DNA of 39,235 bases from a virus (IMGVR_UViG_3300010300_000031:1-39235), one strand, 5' to 3'; numbered from the stretch's first letter, positions 27,709-37,873 are shown. The notes: a model not told the origin generated them from the letters alone. Made by a program: numbers and translations.

Positions 27709-30700
27709 TATTCATTACCTCCTAATGCTAGAATAAATGGGGTTACCTGTGTAAATAAACTCTTCACATAATCAGCACCGGAAATAGATCCTGTTTGCTG
27801 ATCAATTACAACTCCATCACCAATTCTAAAGTTACCTGCTTGATCTGTGCTTGTATATGCAATATCACCACCGTCAAGTTTAATTACTTCATTTTCTTGA
27901 ATTGTAACTCCACCTCTAGATGGATATGCAGTTTCAATAGTATTTCCAGCACCAATATATTGGAAAGAATGAGAGCTTACAATCTGGAAACTCTGTCGAG
28001 AAAAATATGCCGTTGTTCCTGCACTTACTTCATTATTTAGAGTCTGAACTAAAGTGACTGTAGTGATACCAGATGATGGTAAAGTAGCAGAATCAATAGC
28101 ATAATAAATTGGTTGAACTCTAGCAGAAAGAGATGCTGGAGTAGAGGGGCTTCCACCACTTACAAAGACATTTGGCGTTCCAATATATTGAGATCCTGCA
28201 GCAAGAATCGTAATTCCATTAACAGAACCAGAAGCATCTATTGTTGCAGTTGCTTGAGCCTGAATTGCAATTCCAGGACCAGTAGGAGCATCAATAGTTA
28301 TAGTTGGTGGAGTGCTATATCCAGAACCTGGATCATCAATGACAATTTCACTAACAACATTATAAATTTGATCAAAATAAACTGCTTGACCTTGATATGG
28401 GCGATTATCACCAACACCAGTTAAAACAACTTCAGCAGTGCTAACAGGCGCCGTTATAGTTGCTTCAGCAGTATAACGATCAGAGCACTTACTTGTTTGA
28501 TCACCAACTCCTTGAGAAACTAATCCTCTTACTCCAAAAGAAGAGTTTGAGTTTGTTAAATCGCATTGACCACCTTGACCAGAATAAATTGCAGTATCAT
28601 CACAAATAGTGAAAATAGAAACCAACTGACAATAAGCACCATTGGTAACTGATACTCCAATTCCACCCTGATTAAATTGAGTATATGAATCAACGTTATA
28701 AGAACCTTGAACACCTATATTATTGATTAAATCTCCTTCATCAGCATTGAACCCATCAACTTTAGATCCAATACTCTTTGGAATAAAGTTGGTGCAGTTA
28801 CGAACATACGGACCCTTGGTAATTACTCCAACACCAGATCCAAATGGAGGGTATATTTTTCCTCCACTTACATAAGTATGAACAATTGTGCTAACACCAA
28901 CATTTACAACAACTTGATCAGTTGATGATTCTATTACTTTAAATTTATAACCATTATTTCCTGAAGGGAATAGTGTAGAAGTAACTCCAACATATATTGG
29001 ATCACAGGAAAACTCAAGATCTCTTAATTCTATAAACTGCCCAATTTTTGCACTTAAACCAGTAGCAGTAATTGTAGCAATTCCACTAGCATTATCATAA
29101 GTAGCTGAAGATACATCTAACGATCTATCAATAATAAATCCACCACTTACATAAGTATGATCTAGAGTAGACATTCCTACTTGAACAGCAAGTGTTCCAT
29201 CGGCATTAATTCTTTCAATTGAAAATTCATATCCATAAGCGCCTGATGGGAACAATCCTGTGGTTGTTCCAATTCCAGATCCAGAGTCACAAGAGAACAC
29301 TAAATCTCTTAATTCAATTCTATCACCAGATCTATAATCAGAAGCATTTGATAACGATAAATCAACAATTCCTGTTAATTTATTATATGTTGCTCCAGTA
29401 ATCTCGTCTTTATTTGAAGTTCCAGATCCAGAATTTCCAGGGTATGTTGTAGTAAATCCTGTTGTCGCAGGTAATCCATCCACACCATTTTGTATAATTC
29501 CTGTAACAATACCGACACAGGTATAAATTGCAGATACGACGTTTCTACAACCATTAACTCCATTATTAAATCCAGTCAAGTAATCTGGTTGAATTGATAA
29601 ATCCTTTACTTGTGTATATGTTGTTTGATAATTTTGCTTTAAAGTTGCTGTTCCACCACTTACATAAGTGTGATCTATCGTTGATACACCAACAATTACT
29701 TCAAAACTATTAGCAGGTAAACTTAAAACTGAATGTACCGGGAAAGTATCGCCAAATGTTCCATCAGGAAATATTGTGGTCGTAATACCAGATCCTCCAG
29801 GACAAGTAAATTCTAACCCTTCTAATTCTATTGCATTTCCTTTTAGAAAACCATTTTCACCATCAGTAGTTACAGTTAATATACCAGTTGTCTTATCATA
29901 TTGTGCCAATGAAATATTAACAGAATCATTACTTCCTTTCGAAGATGCCCAAGTAGCATTGTTAATAATTGATCTAACAATTTGTCTAGAATGCATAAAT
30001 GCATCAATTGTTGTTGCACCAAAACCAACAATGTGATCTAAATTACCATTTATATCAAAATATGATTTTCCTGCACCAATACATTTAGAATTTCCACCTC
30101 TAGTAATATCATGACATATTGCTCGATAAACATCCTTAATATCATCAGCACAATTTGTAGAATCAATATTAATTGCAGGATTTTTATAATCCGTGCTTGT
30201 AATATATCCTACAGTCTCTTGAGCAATAAAATCTAGATTTTCTCGTATTAATCTAGCAGCATCAAAAAATCTATCAGTCGAAACTCCAGCAAGTGGTCTA
30301 TATGATACTACAGCAGCTCCATCACTAGCTTCTCCACCAACAAAACTTATGTCAGTTACATGACATCCTTCACCGACATAAAATAAATCTTGGTTAAGAT
30401 ATCTAGGAGTAACTAAACAACGGCGAAGTTCTGCTCCCTCAACAGAAACATTATCAGGCAAATAAATTGGATTATTTTCTACATAAGTTCCAGGATAAAC
30501 CTTAATCGTATCACCAGGTAATGCAATTGTTGATGCAGATTTTATGGATGCTTTTGCATCAGCATCACTCAATCCAGTATTACCATCATCACCATTTGAG
30601 GTTACATATATTGTCTTGCCTACATTATTTCCACCGCCAACTTCAATAATTCTAGTTCCAACACCAACACTTCCTTGATCTTGTTTAAAAAACAGTTTAC

Positions 30701-30800
30701 CATCATAGAAGTTTACAGCTAACTCGCCTAGCTGGAGTTGATCTACAGTTGGTTTTTTTCCAGGTACGGCTGACCTTTTTATCCGAATCGGAGTTGCCAT
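27708..30800 (-). CDS. Virion structural protein with Mtd-N-like N-terminus and beta-helix domain
   Basis: IRIKRS...P...LQLGELAVN.YDGKLF; IYVTSNGDD...GDTIKVYPGTYVE; three internal A.Y...LEF.C...HTYVSGG repeats. Confidence 0.82.
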   Translation of the reverse strand: MATPIRIKRSAVPGKKPTVDQLQLGELAVNFYDGKLFFKQDQGSVGVGTRIIEVGGGNNVGKTIYVTSNGDDGNTGLSDADAKASIKSASTIALPGDTIKVYPGTYVENNPIYLPDNVSVEGAELRRCLVTPRYLNQDLFYVGEGCHVTDISFVGGEASDGAAVVSYRPLAGVSTDRFFDAARLIRENLDFIAQETVGYITSTDYKNPAINIDSTNCADDIKDVYRAICHDITRGGNSKCIGAGKSYFDINGNLDHIVGFGATTIDAFMHSRQIVRSIINNATWASSKGSNDSVNISLAQYDKTTGILTVTTDGENGFLKGNAIELEGLEFTCPGGSGITTTIFPDGTFGDTFPVHSVLSLPANSFEVIVGVSTIDHTYVSGGTATLKQNYQTTYTQVKDLSIQPDYLTGFNNGVNGCRNVVSAIYTCVGIVTGIIQNGVDGLPATTGFTTTYPGNSGSGTSNKDEITGATYNKLTGIVDLSLSNASDYRSGDRIELRDLVFSCDSGSGIGTTTGLFPSGAYGYEFSIERINADGTLAVQVGMSTLDHTYVSGGFIIDRSLDVSSATYDNASGIATITATGLSAKIGQFIELRDLEFSCDPIYVGVTSTLFPSGNNGYKFKVIESSTDQVVVNVGVSTIVHTYVSGGKIYPPFGSGVGVITKGPYVRNCTNFIPKSIGSKVDGFNADEGDLINNIGVQGSYNVDSYTQFNQGGIGVSVTNGAYCQLVSIFTICDDTAIYSGQGGQCDLTNSNSSFGVRGLVSQGVGDQTSKCSDRYTAEATITAPVSTAEVVLTGVGDNRPYQGQAVYFDQIYNVVSEIVIDDPGSGYSTPPTITIDAPTGPGIAIQAQATATIDASGSVNGITILAAGSQYIGTPNVFVSGGSPSTPASLSARVQPIYYAIDSATLPSSGITTVTLVQTLNNEVSAGTTAYFSRQSFQIVSSHSFQYIGAGNTIETAYPSRGGVTIQENEVIKLDGGDIAYTSTDQAGNFRIGDGVVIDQQTGSISGADYVKSLFTQVTPFILALGGNE

Positions 30801-30850
30801 TTATTATAATCGGTATTTACCAGAAACAACAGTATATACTGCCTTTGATT

Positions 30851-30858
30851 TATTTATA
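30851..30858 (-). promoter_or_regulatory. T4-type late promoter
   Basis: Exact TATAAATA 50 nt upstream of the ATG at 30800. Variant TAAATA cores occur near 9230, 13440, 23183, 31256, 34257 and 35068. Confidence 0.75.
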
Positions 30859-30863
30859 AAACA

Positions 30864-31235
30864 TCAACTGGCATTATTTCTTCTTTTACGATACATATAG
30901 AGATTTGTTGGTGGATCTGGTTTCATCCATTCTTTTATTTTCTCATACCTTTCAATGCTAAAAAACTCCTGAGAAAAATACCATTCTTCCCAAGGAGTAT
31001 GACCTTTATCCTGATTACAATCGTGACAAGCACATACAACATTTCGAGTAAAATCAGTTCCACCTTTTGATCTTGGAACTACATGATCAATAGTAAGTTG
31101 TTCATTATCTCCACAATAGGCGCATTGATTATCCCACTTATCTTTTATCTTTCGTCTCCACATTCGCTTTGCCTCTCCTGGACTTGTTGTATCTAAGTTG
31201 AAGAGGTAGTGCTGAGGTGAATGTGGAATTTGCAT
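30864..31235 (-). CDS. HNH endonuclease (McrA-like)
   Basis: CAYCG...[12 protein letters not shown]...[14 protein letters not shown]. Confidence 0.92.
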   Translation of the reverse strand: MQIPHSPQHYLFNLDTTSPGEAKRMWRRKIKDKWDNQCAYCGDNEQLTIDHVVPRSKGGTDFTRNVVCACHDCNQDKGHTPWEEWYFSQEFFSIERYEKIKEWMKPDPPTNLYMYRKRRNNAS

Positions 31236-31271
31236 AAAATCTTGCGACTTGCAACTATTTAGATCATATTA

Positions 31272-32963
31272 TTATACTTTCGTAACAACTACCTGACCAT
31301 CAATATTCCAATCCGTAGTATATTGAGAACTTGAAGTGCTAGATGCTGCTGGAGTTATATAAGATCCACCAGCACCACCTTTCGCTAAGGAACCGCAAGT
31401 GCATGAAGGAAGACCGCCTCCGGCGCCACCACTATATCCGCCACCACCTCCACCACTAAATTGCCCACTAGCTCCACCACCACCAAAACCACCATTTCTA
31501 TTATTAGTTCCACCATTAGCGCCATTTGTAAAAGAAGCTCCACCATTGCCACCTGCATTACCACCATTTCCACTATATCCTCCTCCTCCACCACCACCAG
31601 CAACACATCCATATGTACCAGAGTTTGCTCCGGTACCACCACCACCACTAGTTCCCCCAGGAACAGTATTTGAACCAGGAGCAGTAGAACCATTTTCACT
31701 GTTTTGTGCATCAGCGAGGGTAGAGTTGTATGTTGCACCTCCTGCACCACCTCCAGCTACAAATAAAACAGTTGTTCCAGTAACAACAAAGGTTCCACCA
31801 CCTCCACCACCGCTAGACCCAGAACAATTTGAAGTTCCATTACTATCATCTCCTTGTTGACCCACAGCAATTTTGATGACATCATTTTTCAATAAACTAA
31901 CTGTTCCTGATACTACGCGAGGGTATCCTCCTCTATTATTAGCATTGCCGGTTGTATATCCTCTACCACCACCAGCACCTCTTACAGAAAATGTATAATC
32001 AGCAGTTTCTGGAACAGTCCACTCCTGAATTCCTTGAGTTGTCATATTGAAATATGCAGTATTAGAAGCCCAAGTTGTAGAACTATATGCAGATGTACAA
32101 TTAGCTAAAGTAGGACCAGTTCTACCAGTAGCAGAGCAATTGGTAAATGTATGACTAGTAAAACTATATAATGGAGGATCTAAACTTGGAGCAGTTAAAG
32201 TAGCTTCAGGGTATCTATTTTTTGTTGCTACGTAATTCGTATAAACTTCATTCGCATCTAATGCTCGATTATAAACAGCAAACTGAGATACATATCCTGC
32301 AGTATATCTTGGTGATGCAATTAAACTTGTTGGCGATGTTGCCATCATCGTAAAATGCAAAATATTCGTGCTAGGAGATGTTCTACCGTAAGATTGTTCA
32401 CCATAAAGAATTCCATTAATATATGCTCGGCATGTTGTATCATCATGCGTTAATACAAGATTGTACCATTGATTGAATTGCTGAGCAGTAGAACTTATTG
32501 TTTGCCAAGTAGCTCCAGATCCCCAAGTTCTAAACTTAAATGTTCCGTCAGTTTCTAATCCAATCCAAGTATCATACCAAGAACCAGTTAAAGCAGGATA
32601 TTGACCTCTTTCAGCAACAATATCTCCACTTGTAGTTGGATACACCCAAATTGATACTGTTACAGCATCAGTTGGAAATTGACTATCAATATTTGTAGTG
32701 TTTGACCACGCATAATCATTTGAACCATCAAAAATTAAATATCCTCCGTTATTAGTGCTATAAGTAGGACCGTTTACTAAACTACCATTAAAACTATTAA
32801 CAGCATCATTCCAAGTTGTTCCAGATCCAGAGTATGAATCTGTCGCACCCGCATCAAGATTAAGGATTAATCCACTAGAAATTAAACCATTTGCGGCAAT
32901 GTAATTTCTACCTCCTTCCGTTCCTGTTGCCCACCATTTTGCTGGCCCAAATGCTTGTCCCAT
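31272..32963 (-). CDS. LamG/ConA-like plus glycine-rich virion protein
   Basis: GLILNLDAG..SYSGSGTTW.D, FDGSNDY, WYNLVLT, VYNRAL motifs; Gly-rich C-terminal half. Confidence 0.85.
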   Translation of the reverse strand: MGQAFGPAKWWATGTEGGRNYIAANGLISSGLILNLDAGATDSYSGSGTTWNDAVNSFNGSLVNGPTYSTNNGGYLIFDGSNDYAWSNTTNIDSQFPTDAVTVSIWVYPTTSGDIVAERGQYPALTGSWYDTWIGLETDGTFKFRTWGSGATWQTISSTAQQFNQWYNLVLTHDDTTCRAYINGILYGEQSYGRTSPSTNILHFTMMATSPTSLIASPRYTAGYVSQFAVYNRALDANEVYTNYVATKNRYPEATLTAPSLDPPLYSFTSHTFTNCSATGRTGPTLANCTSAYSSTTWASNTAYFNMTTQGIQEWTVPETADYTFSVRGAGGGRGYTTGNANNRGGYPRVVSGTVSLLKNDVIKIAVGQQGDDSNGTSNCSGSSGGGGGGTFVVTGTTVLFVAGGGAGGATYNSTLADAQNSENGSTAPGSNTVPGGTSGGGGTGANSGTYGCVAGGGGGGGYSGNGGNAGGNGGASFTNGANGGTNNRNGGFGGGGASGQFSGGGGGGYSGGAGGGLPSCTCGSLAKGGAGGSYITPAASSTSSSQYTTDWNIDGQVVVTKV

Positions 32964-34237
32964 TAGATTCCATACCTCCCTCGCATTACGTTAAAATTGT
33001 GCGTTATTTCTGTTGCAGATAATTCTCTATTATATAAATGCAAAACACCTATTCTTCCCCTATGATAATTACTACCACCTGAAAATCCAATATATTTTGC
33101 TCCATTAGGAGTTCCTATTGTTTGTGTTAAACCAGTTCCACTGTGCCACAAAGTTCCATCCAAATAAATTTTCATCTGACCAGTTGAGGCATTTTTGGTA
33201 AATACCCAATTATGCCATCCTTGATATTCTGATGAAGAAACATTTTTAGATATTCTATTATAAGTGCTAGAACCATTTCCCGCATCAAAATAAACATTAC
33301 TATCACTCCAAGGCAAATGAACATTAAGAACTCTAATGCCAGAAGAACTCTCTAGATAAATAATGGAACTCTGTCTCAAATCAACTCCATAATTCCATGC
33401 AGAAAAAGTAAGTTCAACTCCAACTATGTCAGGGTCTGATGATAAAGTAATAAAATTGTTACTTCCATTAAAATCAAAATAATTTGCTATCTTTGTTTCA
33501 GTTGGAGTTCCAGATTGAATATAGGAACTATATCCATTAATAGAATTATCACTAAAAGGAGCTGCTTGACCAATCAAAAATGTAGTATATGCATCTGCTT
33601 CAAGAGGACCTTGTGGCGGTGTAAATCCAGAAGCAGTATATCTAGCAATACCTCTAGACATTCTAAGATTACTCACCAATCCAATATGCCAAAACGCACT
33701 GGGATTAAGAAAATTACCAAGACTTACATCACCACCAGCAGTTGTATAATTCGTAGAATCTGTAACAGTAGTTCCTTGCTGTGTTCCGTTATAAAATAAT
33801 TTTAAATTAGTTCCTTCTCTAGTGAATGCAACATGTGTCCATACATTATTAGAAGGACCAGATACATTAAAATTATATGAACTGTTTTGCCATGAAGTTT
33901 TTCCATTACCAAGTTCAATATTCCATACGGAAGTAGACATAAATCTACTGTAGAAATTATTATGTTGATTATAAATCCAAAACTCTACAGTAAAATCTTC
34001 TGTTCCAAATGCTGCAGCATATGACGCATCAGTATAATTTATGGAAGAAGAACCATTTAATCCAATGTAATTTGTAGTATGAGCACCAACAAATGTTGCT
34101 CCATTTATAGTTCCATCATTACCACCACCAACATCTGACCAAATAGATCCAGTTCCACCATAAGATTTTGGTGATTCTGCATCAAAACAAGCTACTATTC
34201 CATCACCAAATATTGCGTTATTATAAAAAGTCGCCAT
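32963..34237 (-). CDS. LamG/ConA-like domain virion protein
   Basis: DFTVEFWIY...WTHVAFTR...NLRMSRGIARY domain inserted within a second FDA..SY.G.G..W.D ... LYNRELS LamG domain. Confidence 0.85.
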   Translation of the reverse strand: MATFYNNAIFGDGIVACFDAESPKSYGGTGSIWSDVGGGNDGTINGATFVGAHTTNYIGLNGSSSINYTDASYAAAFGTEDFTVEFWIYNQHNNFYSRFMSTSVWNIELGNGKTSWQNSSYNFNVSGPSNNVWTHVAFTREGTNLKLFYNGTQQGTTVTDSTNYTTAGGDVSLGNFLNPSAFWHIGLVSNLRMSRGIARYTASGFTPPQGPLEADAYTTFLIGQAAPFSDNSINGYSSYIQSGTPTETKIANYFDFNGSNNFITLSSDPDIVGVELTFSAWNYGVDLRQSSIIYLESSSGIRVLNVHLPWSDSNVYFDAGNGSSTYNRISKNVSSSEYQGWHNWVFTKNASTGQMKIYLDGTLWHSGTGLTQTIGTPNGAKYIGFSGGSNYHRGRIGVLHLYNRELSATEITHNFNVMRGRYGI

Positions 34238-34255
34238 TAACCTTTATATTTTTCT

Positions 34256-34918
34256 TTATTTATCTAATGCTAAGGTCAATCCAATATTCTTCCAATCATT
34301 ATCAAAAATTTCCAAACCCTTATCAGTCAGAATGTGATCATACATTTGATCAAAGATTTTTGGCGGCATTGTAACAGTAGATGCACCATTATACCAAGAC
34401 CTTACTGCTCTCTGAACACTACGAATCGAAGCAGCAAGAACTTCTGTCGGAGCACCCTGAATACGATAAAGTTCTGAGATAGAACGAACTACCTCAAGAC
34501 CAGCAACAGACTGATCATCAAGTCTTCCGACAAAAGGAGACACATACTTTGCTCCTGCTCTAGTGGCAAGAACTGCCTGAGCGGTACAGAAAATAAGAGT
34601 TACATTAACATTAATACCAGCATCACTCAATCTCTTACATGCTCCAATTCCTTGTCTTGTGCAAGGAACTTTCACAGTCGTGCATAAACCAAACTTTTCA
34701 AAAAGTCTCATCCCCTCTTCTTCCATTTGTTGTTGAGTTCCAACAACCTCCATACTGATATCTCGAATGCCAATCTCTTTGATCTCTTCATATACATCAT
34801 CAGGTTTTCTACCACTCTTCATAATCAAAGAAGGATTTGTTGTCACGCCATCAATAAGTCCAGTTTGATAGTAGTGACGAATCTCACGAGTATCAGCAGT
34901 ATCCAGAAAAATTTTCAT
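34256..34918 (-). CDS. talC: Transaldolase (TalC/FSA-type auxiliary metabolic gene)
   Basis: FLDTAD, GVTTNPSL, VKVP, NVTLIF, YVSPFVGRLDD and LAASIR motifs. Confidence 0.96.
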   Translation of the reverse strand: MKIFLDTADTREIRHYYQTGLIDGVTTNPSLIMKSGRKPDDVYEEIKEIGIRDISMEVVGTQQQMEEEGMRLFEKFGLCTTVKVPCTRQGIGACKRLSDAGINVNVTLIFCTAQAVLATRAGAKYVSPFVGRLDDQSVAGLEVVRSISELYRIQGAPTEVLAASIRSVQRAVRSWYNGASTVTMPPKIFDQMYDHILTDKGLEIFDNDWKNIGLTLALDK

Positions 34919-34946
34919 GTTGTTTGAATATCTCTCTTATATATCT

Positions 34947-35048
34947 CTACAATAATAACACGATCAGCACAGGAAGTGCAATTGTTGCCATTCCAATAAA
35001 ATACCCCGCCATCGTTGTGATGACGGGGCGAATACTACCAGGATTCAT
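34947..35048 (-). CDS. 33-aa hydrophobic peptide
   Basis: MNPGSIRPVITTMAGYFIGMATIALPVLIVLLL; GGAG SD and TAAATA upstream. Confidence 0.5.
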   Translation of the reverse strand: MNPGSIRPVITTMAGYFIGMATIALPVLIVLLL

Positions 35049-35070
35049 TTACTCTCCGTATTTTCAGTAT

Positions 35071-35184
35071 TTAGTTTGTAAGCATTCCAAGTAACATAAT
35101 ACCAAAACAGAATATTGTAAAGATCATAATACCTATGCCAGCAACATAGACCCACTTTGGTATTGGTTCTGGATCATTGTGCAT
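35071..35184 (-). CDS. 37-aa membrane peptide
   Basis: MHNDPEPIPKWVYVAGIGIMIFTIFCFGIMLLGMLTN; overlaps the end of the upstream gene. Confidence 0.6.
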   Translation of the reverse strand: MHNDPEPIPKWVYVAGIGIMIFTIFCFGIMLLGMLTN

Positions 35185-35407
35185 TGTTTTCTTTCACAAC
35201 ATGTTCCCAAGCCTTTAAGAATTTATTATCCCAGTTATTACAATAAGGAGAATAGAAAGCATTCAGTGCAGCAGTGGTATCAACAATGCGTTGTGTGTCG
35301 TTAGTATCTACTGCTTCTTGTAGTTGGTCAAGAAGAAATGAGAATGTAGTAATTTGACTGAATGCTTCTTCAAGATCATTCATTACCTGCCATGTTTTGT
35401 CAGTCAT
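35174..35407 (-). CDS. Hypothetical protein
   Basis: ORF track; GGAG SD; overlaps its neighbours. Confidence 0.75.
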   Translation of the reverse strand: MTDKTWQVMNDLEEAFSQITTFSFLLDQLQEAVDTNDTQRIVDTTAALNAFYSPYCNNWDNKFLKAWEHVVKENNAQ

Positions 35408-35720
35408 TGTTCTCCAATGCTTCCTTGAGTGCTTCAGTTACAGTCTCTTTGAATGAAGAACGAGGAATGAAACATTCATCATCGTCAGTCTTATACTCTG
35501 GATACTTGTCTTTGAATGTATACTCTACATCATACAGAAGAGACTGTGTGATGTCATTGATAGTTTCAAGTGTTTGTCCTTGGAGTTGATCCCAGTTGTA
35601 TCCAGGAAACATATCATCCTTCACACGATCCAGCAATGCTTTCTTACAATGCCAACGTGAATCAAACAGCATAGTGAATACTTCCCAATCTTCTTGGGAT
35701 TTGAAATTAGGAATTGTCAT
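35400..35720 (-). CDS. Hypothetical protein (MTIPNFK family)
   Basis: ORF track; ATGA overlap upstream. Confidence 0.78.
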   Translation of the reverse strand: MTIPNFKSQEDWEVFTMLFDSRWHCKKALLDRVKDDMFPGYNWDQLQGQTLETINDITQSLLYDVEYTFKDKYPEYKTDDDECFIPRSSFKETVTEALKEALENND

Positions 35721-35878
35721 TTGTTACAATCGGGATGAGGTTGAGGTAGTGTGGTACAAATGCGTTGAATACATTGCATTTGTCGATTATTGTCGGATTT
35801 ATAGACTATCTTCATCATGGCAATGATACCAAAGACGAGGATAAGATAAAATAAAGGATTTCGTGTCATTTCAGTCAT
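35717..35878 (-). CDS. 53-aa peptide with TM segment and three Cys
   Basis: MTEMTRNPLFYLILVFGIIAMMKIVYKSDNNRQMQCIQRICTTLPQPHPDCNK; ATGA overlaps at both ends. Confidence 0.68.
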   Translation of the reverse strand: MTEMTRNPLFYLILVFGIIAMMKIVYKSDNNRQMQCIQRICTTLPQPHPDCNK

Positions 35879-36039
35879 ACTTCCCAAGCATAAGATTTGA
35901 GTAGTTCGATGTCCTTTTCCAACTGCTCTATTCTATCACATAACTCAGTGATAAGTTCAAACTTTGCTTGCCAACGATCATCAAATAGATTGAGAAACTC
36001 TTGGTAGTCTTCTTGGTTTTTGAAATTAGGGATTGTCAT
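35875..36039 (-). CDS. Hypothetical protein (MTIPNFK family, short paralog)
   Basis: Start re-assigned to ATG 36039 (GAGG SD; N-terminus matches 35400-35720). Confidence 0.72.
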   Translation of the reverse strand: MTIPNFKNQEDYQEFLNLFDDRWQAKFELITELCDRIEQLEKDIELLKSYAWEV

Positions 36040-36241
36040 TGATGCTACCCTCATAAGAGTAATTGACATACAGATTGTCACCACCGATATTCATGTGGTA
36101 CATCTTACCATCATTCATGTAGATGCCCAACCACACAGCACGTCCTTCTTCCATTGTTTCGAAGTGGACCATGCGTACATCTTCCAGCACAATCTCATCA
36201 GGGTTCTTCACAAATTCAGTCATTGTTGAAACATCCATCAA
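36026..36241 (-). CDS. Hypothetical protein
   Basis: ORF track; start may be at a downstream ATG (MTEFVKNPDE). Confidence 0.72.
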   Translation of the reverse strand: MMDVSTMTEFVKNPDEIVLEDVRMVHFETMEEGRAVWLGIYMNDGKMYHMNIGGDNLYVNYSYEGSINDNP

Positions 36242-36623
36242 CTACATTTTGAGTGTTTTTAATAATTTGATCAATCTCCTCTTCGTCTTTTTTCCATTGC
36301 TCAAACTTACTACGGAGATCTTCATCCATAGTTAGTTCATACTCAGCGCATACCTTGCGCTGATCTTCCTCACGTACACAATCATTGAAGACAAGAGACA
36401 TAGCACCACTACGAATATTTTCGGGAGACATGCCGACACACAACAAGAACTTCTCAAATAGTTTGAAGTATTGTCGGCAGTTTAGATCATTAGCAGGTGC
36501 AGTGATCAGATAATGCTCTTCAGGGAGCATGTCATCATCACCAAGATGGGAAGCAAACCCACGATTATAATCATGAGTGTAGGTAGCATCAAACTTGAGT
36601 TGAACGGTTGCTTCGTAAGTCAT
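36216..36623 (-). CDS. Hypothetical protein
   Basis: ORF track 36216-36653; ATG at 36623 preferred because TATAAT lies at 36650-36645. Confidence 0.75.
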   Translation of the reverse strand: MTYEATVQLKFDATYTHDYNRGFASHLGDDDMLPEEHYLITAPANDLNCRQYFKLFEKFLLCVGMSPENIRSGAMSLVFNDCVREEDQRKVCAEYELTMDEDLRSKFEQWKKDEEEIDQIIKNTQNVVDGCFNND

Positions 36624-36654
36624 GCGTTTGTTTCGTATGAGGTTATTATACAAT

Positions 36655-36681
36655 AAAAAACCGCCCCTGTGAAGAGGCGGT
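36655..36681 (-). terminator. psbD terminator
   Basis: ACCGCCTCT-TCAC-AGGGGCGGT followed by a T-run. Confidence 0.8.
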
Positions 36682-36700
36682 GGACACTTTGGGAAGTGGT

Positions 36701-37762
36701 TTAGAGTGCATTTCCTCTTGGAAGAACCTCCTCAGGAAATACAAAGTTTTCATGTGGTTGATCCACTGGTGCCATCCAGGCACGAAGTCCTTCGTTGAGC
36801 AAGATATTTTTTGTATAAAAAGTTTCAAATTCAGGATCCTCTGCTGCTCTTAGTTCTTGTGATACGAAGTCGTAGGCACGAAGATTGAGAGCAAGACCAA
36901 TAATACCAATGGAAGAGGTCCAAAGACCCATAACTGGAACGAAAAGCATAAAAAAGTGCAACCAACGTTTATTGCTGAAAGCAATACCAAAGATCTGAGA
37001 CCAGAAACGATTGGCGGTAACCATTGAATAAGTCTCTTCTTCTTGGGTCGGTTCAAATGCCTTGAAAGTATTTGAACCTTCACCATCTTCGAATAGTGTA
37101 TTCTCCACTGTTGCTCCATGAATAGCACAGAGAAGTGCTCCACCCAGGATACCAGCAACTCCCATCATATGAAAGGGGTTGAGCGTCCAGTTATGGAACC
37201 CTTGGAGAAATAGGAGGAATCTAAAAATCGCCGCAACGCCAAACGACGGCGCAAAGAACCAACTGGACTGTCCGAGAGGATACATGAGAAAGACAGACAC
37301 AAAGACAGCGATAGGACCAGAAAACGCAATAGCATTGTAGGGACGAATACCGACTAGACGTGCAATTTCAAACTGACGAAGCATAAATCCAATCAGACCA
37401 AATGCTCCGTGGAGTGCTACAAAAGCCCAGAGTCCACCCAACTGACACCAGCGGATGAAGTCGCCCTGAGCCTCAGGACCCCAGAGAAGAAGAAGAGAAT
37501 GACCCAGAGAATCTGCTGGAGTAGAAACTGCTGCTGTAAGAAAATTCGCACCTTCAAGATAGGAAGATGCAAGCCCGTGAGTGTACCAACTCGTAACGAA
37601 AGTTGTTCCAGTAAGCCAGCCACCAAGAGCAAGATAAGCACAGGGAAAAAGAAGAAGTCCAGACCATCCAACAAATACGAAACGATCACGCTTAAGCCAG
37701 TCGTCCAAGACATCGAACCATCCCCTCTGTTGAATAGGTTGTGAAAGTGTTGATGAAACCAT
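36701..37762 (-). CDS. psbD: Photosystem II D2 protein
   Basis: [23 protein letters not shown]...[10 protein letters not shown]; uninterrupted 353 aa. Confidence 0.99.
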   Translation of the reverse strand: MVSSTLSQPIQQRGWFDVLDDWLKRDRFVFVGWSGLLLFPCAYLALGGWLTGTTFVTSWYTHGLASSYLEGANFLTAAVSTPADSLGHSLLLLWGPEAQGDFIRWCQLGGLWAFVALHGAFGLIGFMLRQFEIARLVGIRPYNAIAFSGPIAVFVSVFLMYPLGQSSWFFAPSFGVAAIFRFLLFLQGFHNWTLNPFHMMGVAGILGGALLCAIHGATVENTLFEDGEGSNTFKAFEPTQEEETYSMVTANRFWSQIFGIAFSNKRWLHFFMLFVPVMGLWTSSIGIIGLALNLRAYDFVSQELRAAEDPEFETFYTKNILLNEGLRAWMAPVDQPHENFVFPEEVLPRGNAL

Positions 37763-37855
37763 TTTAATTTACCTTAGTTTTTTAAAAATGTTTGGAAATG
37801 TTATATACCTTTCCAAAATTTGATAATAGTTTGCTTGTGAATTTAACATATTTAT

Positions 37856-37873
37856 TTTACATTACTTTACAAT
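37856..37873. promoter_or_regulatory. HLR1-like (RpaB-binding) direct repeat upstream of psbD
   Basis: TTTACATT-AC-TTTACAAT fits (G/T)TTACA(T/A)(T/A)-N2-(G/T)TTACA(T/A)(T/A) exactly. Confidence 0.55.

Noticed and set aside
36646-37744. Short ORFs overlapping psbD
   Set aside because: Shadows of a highly conserved gene; psbD itself is intact with no intron.
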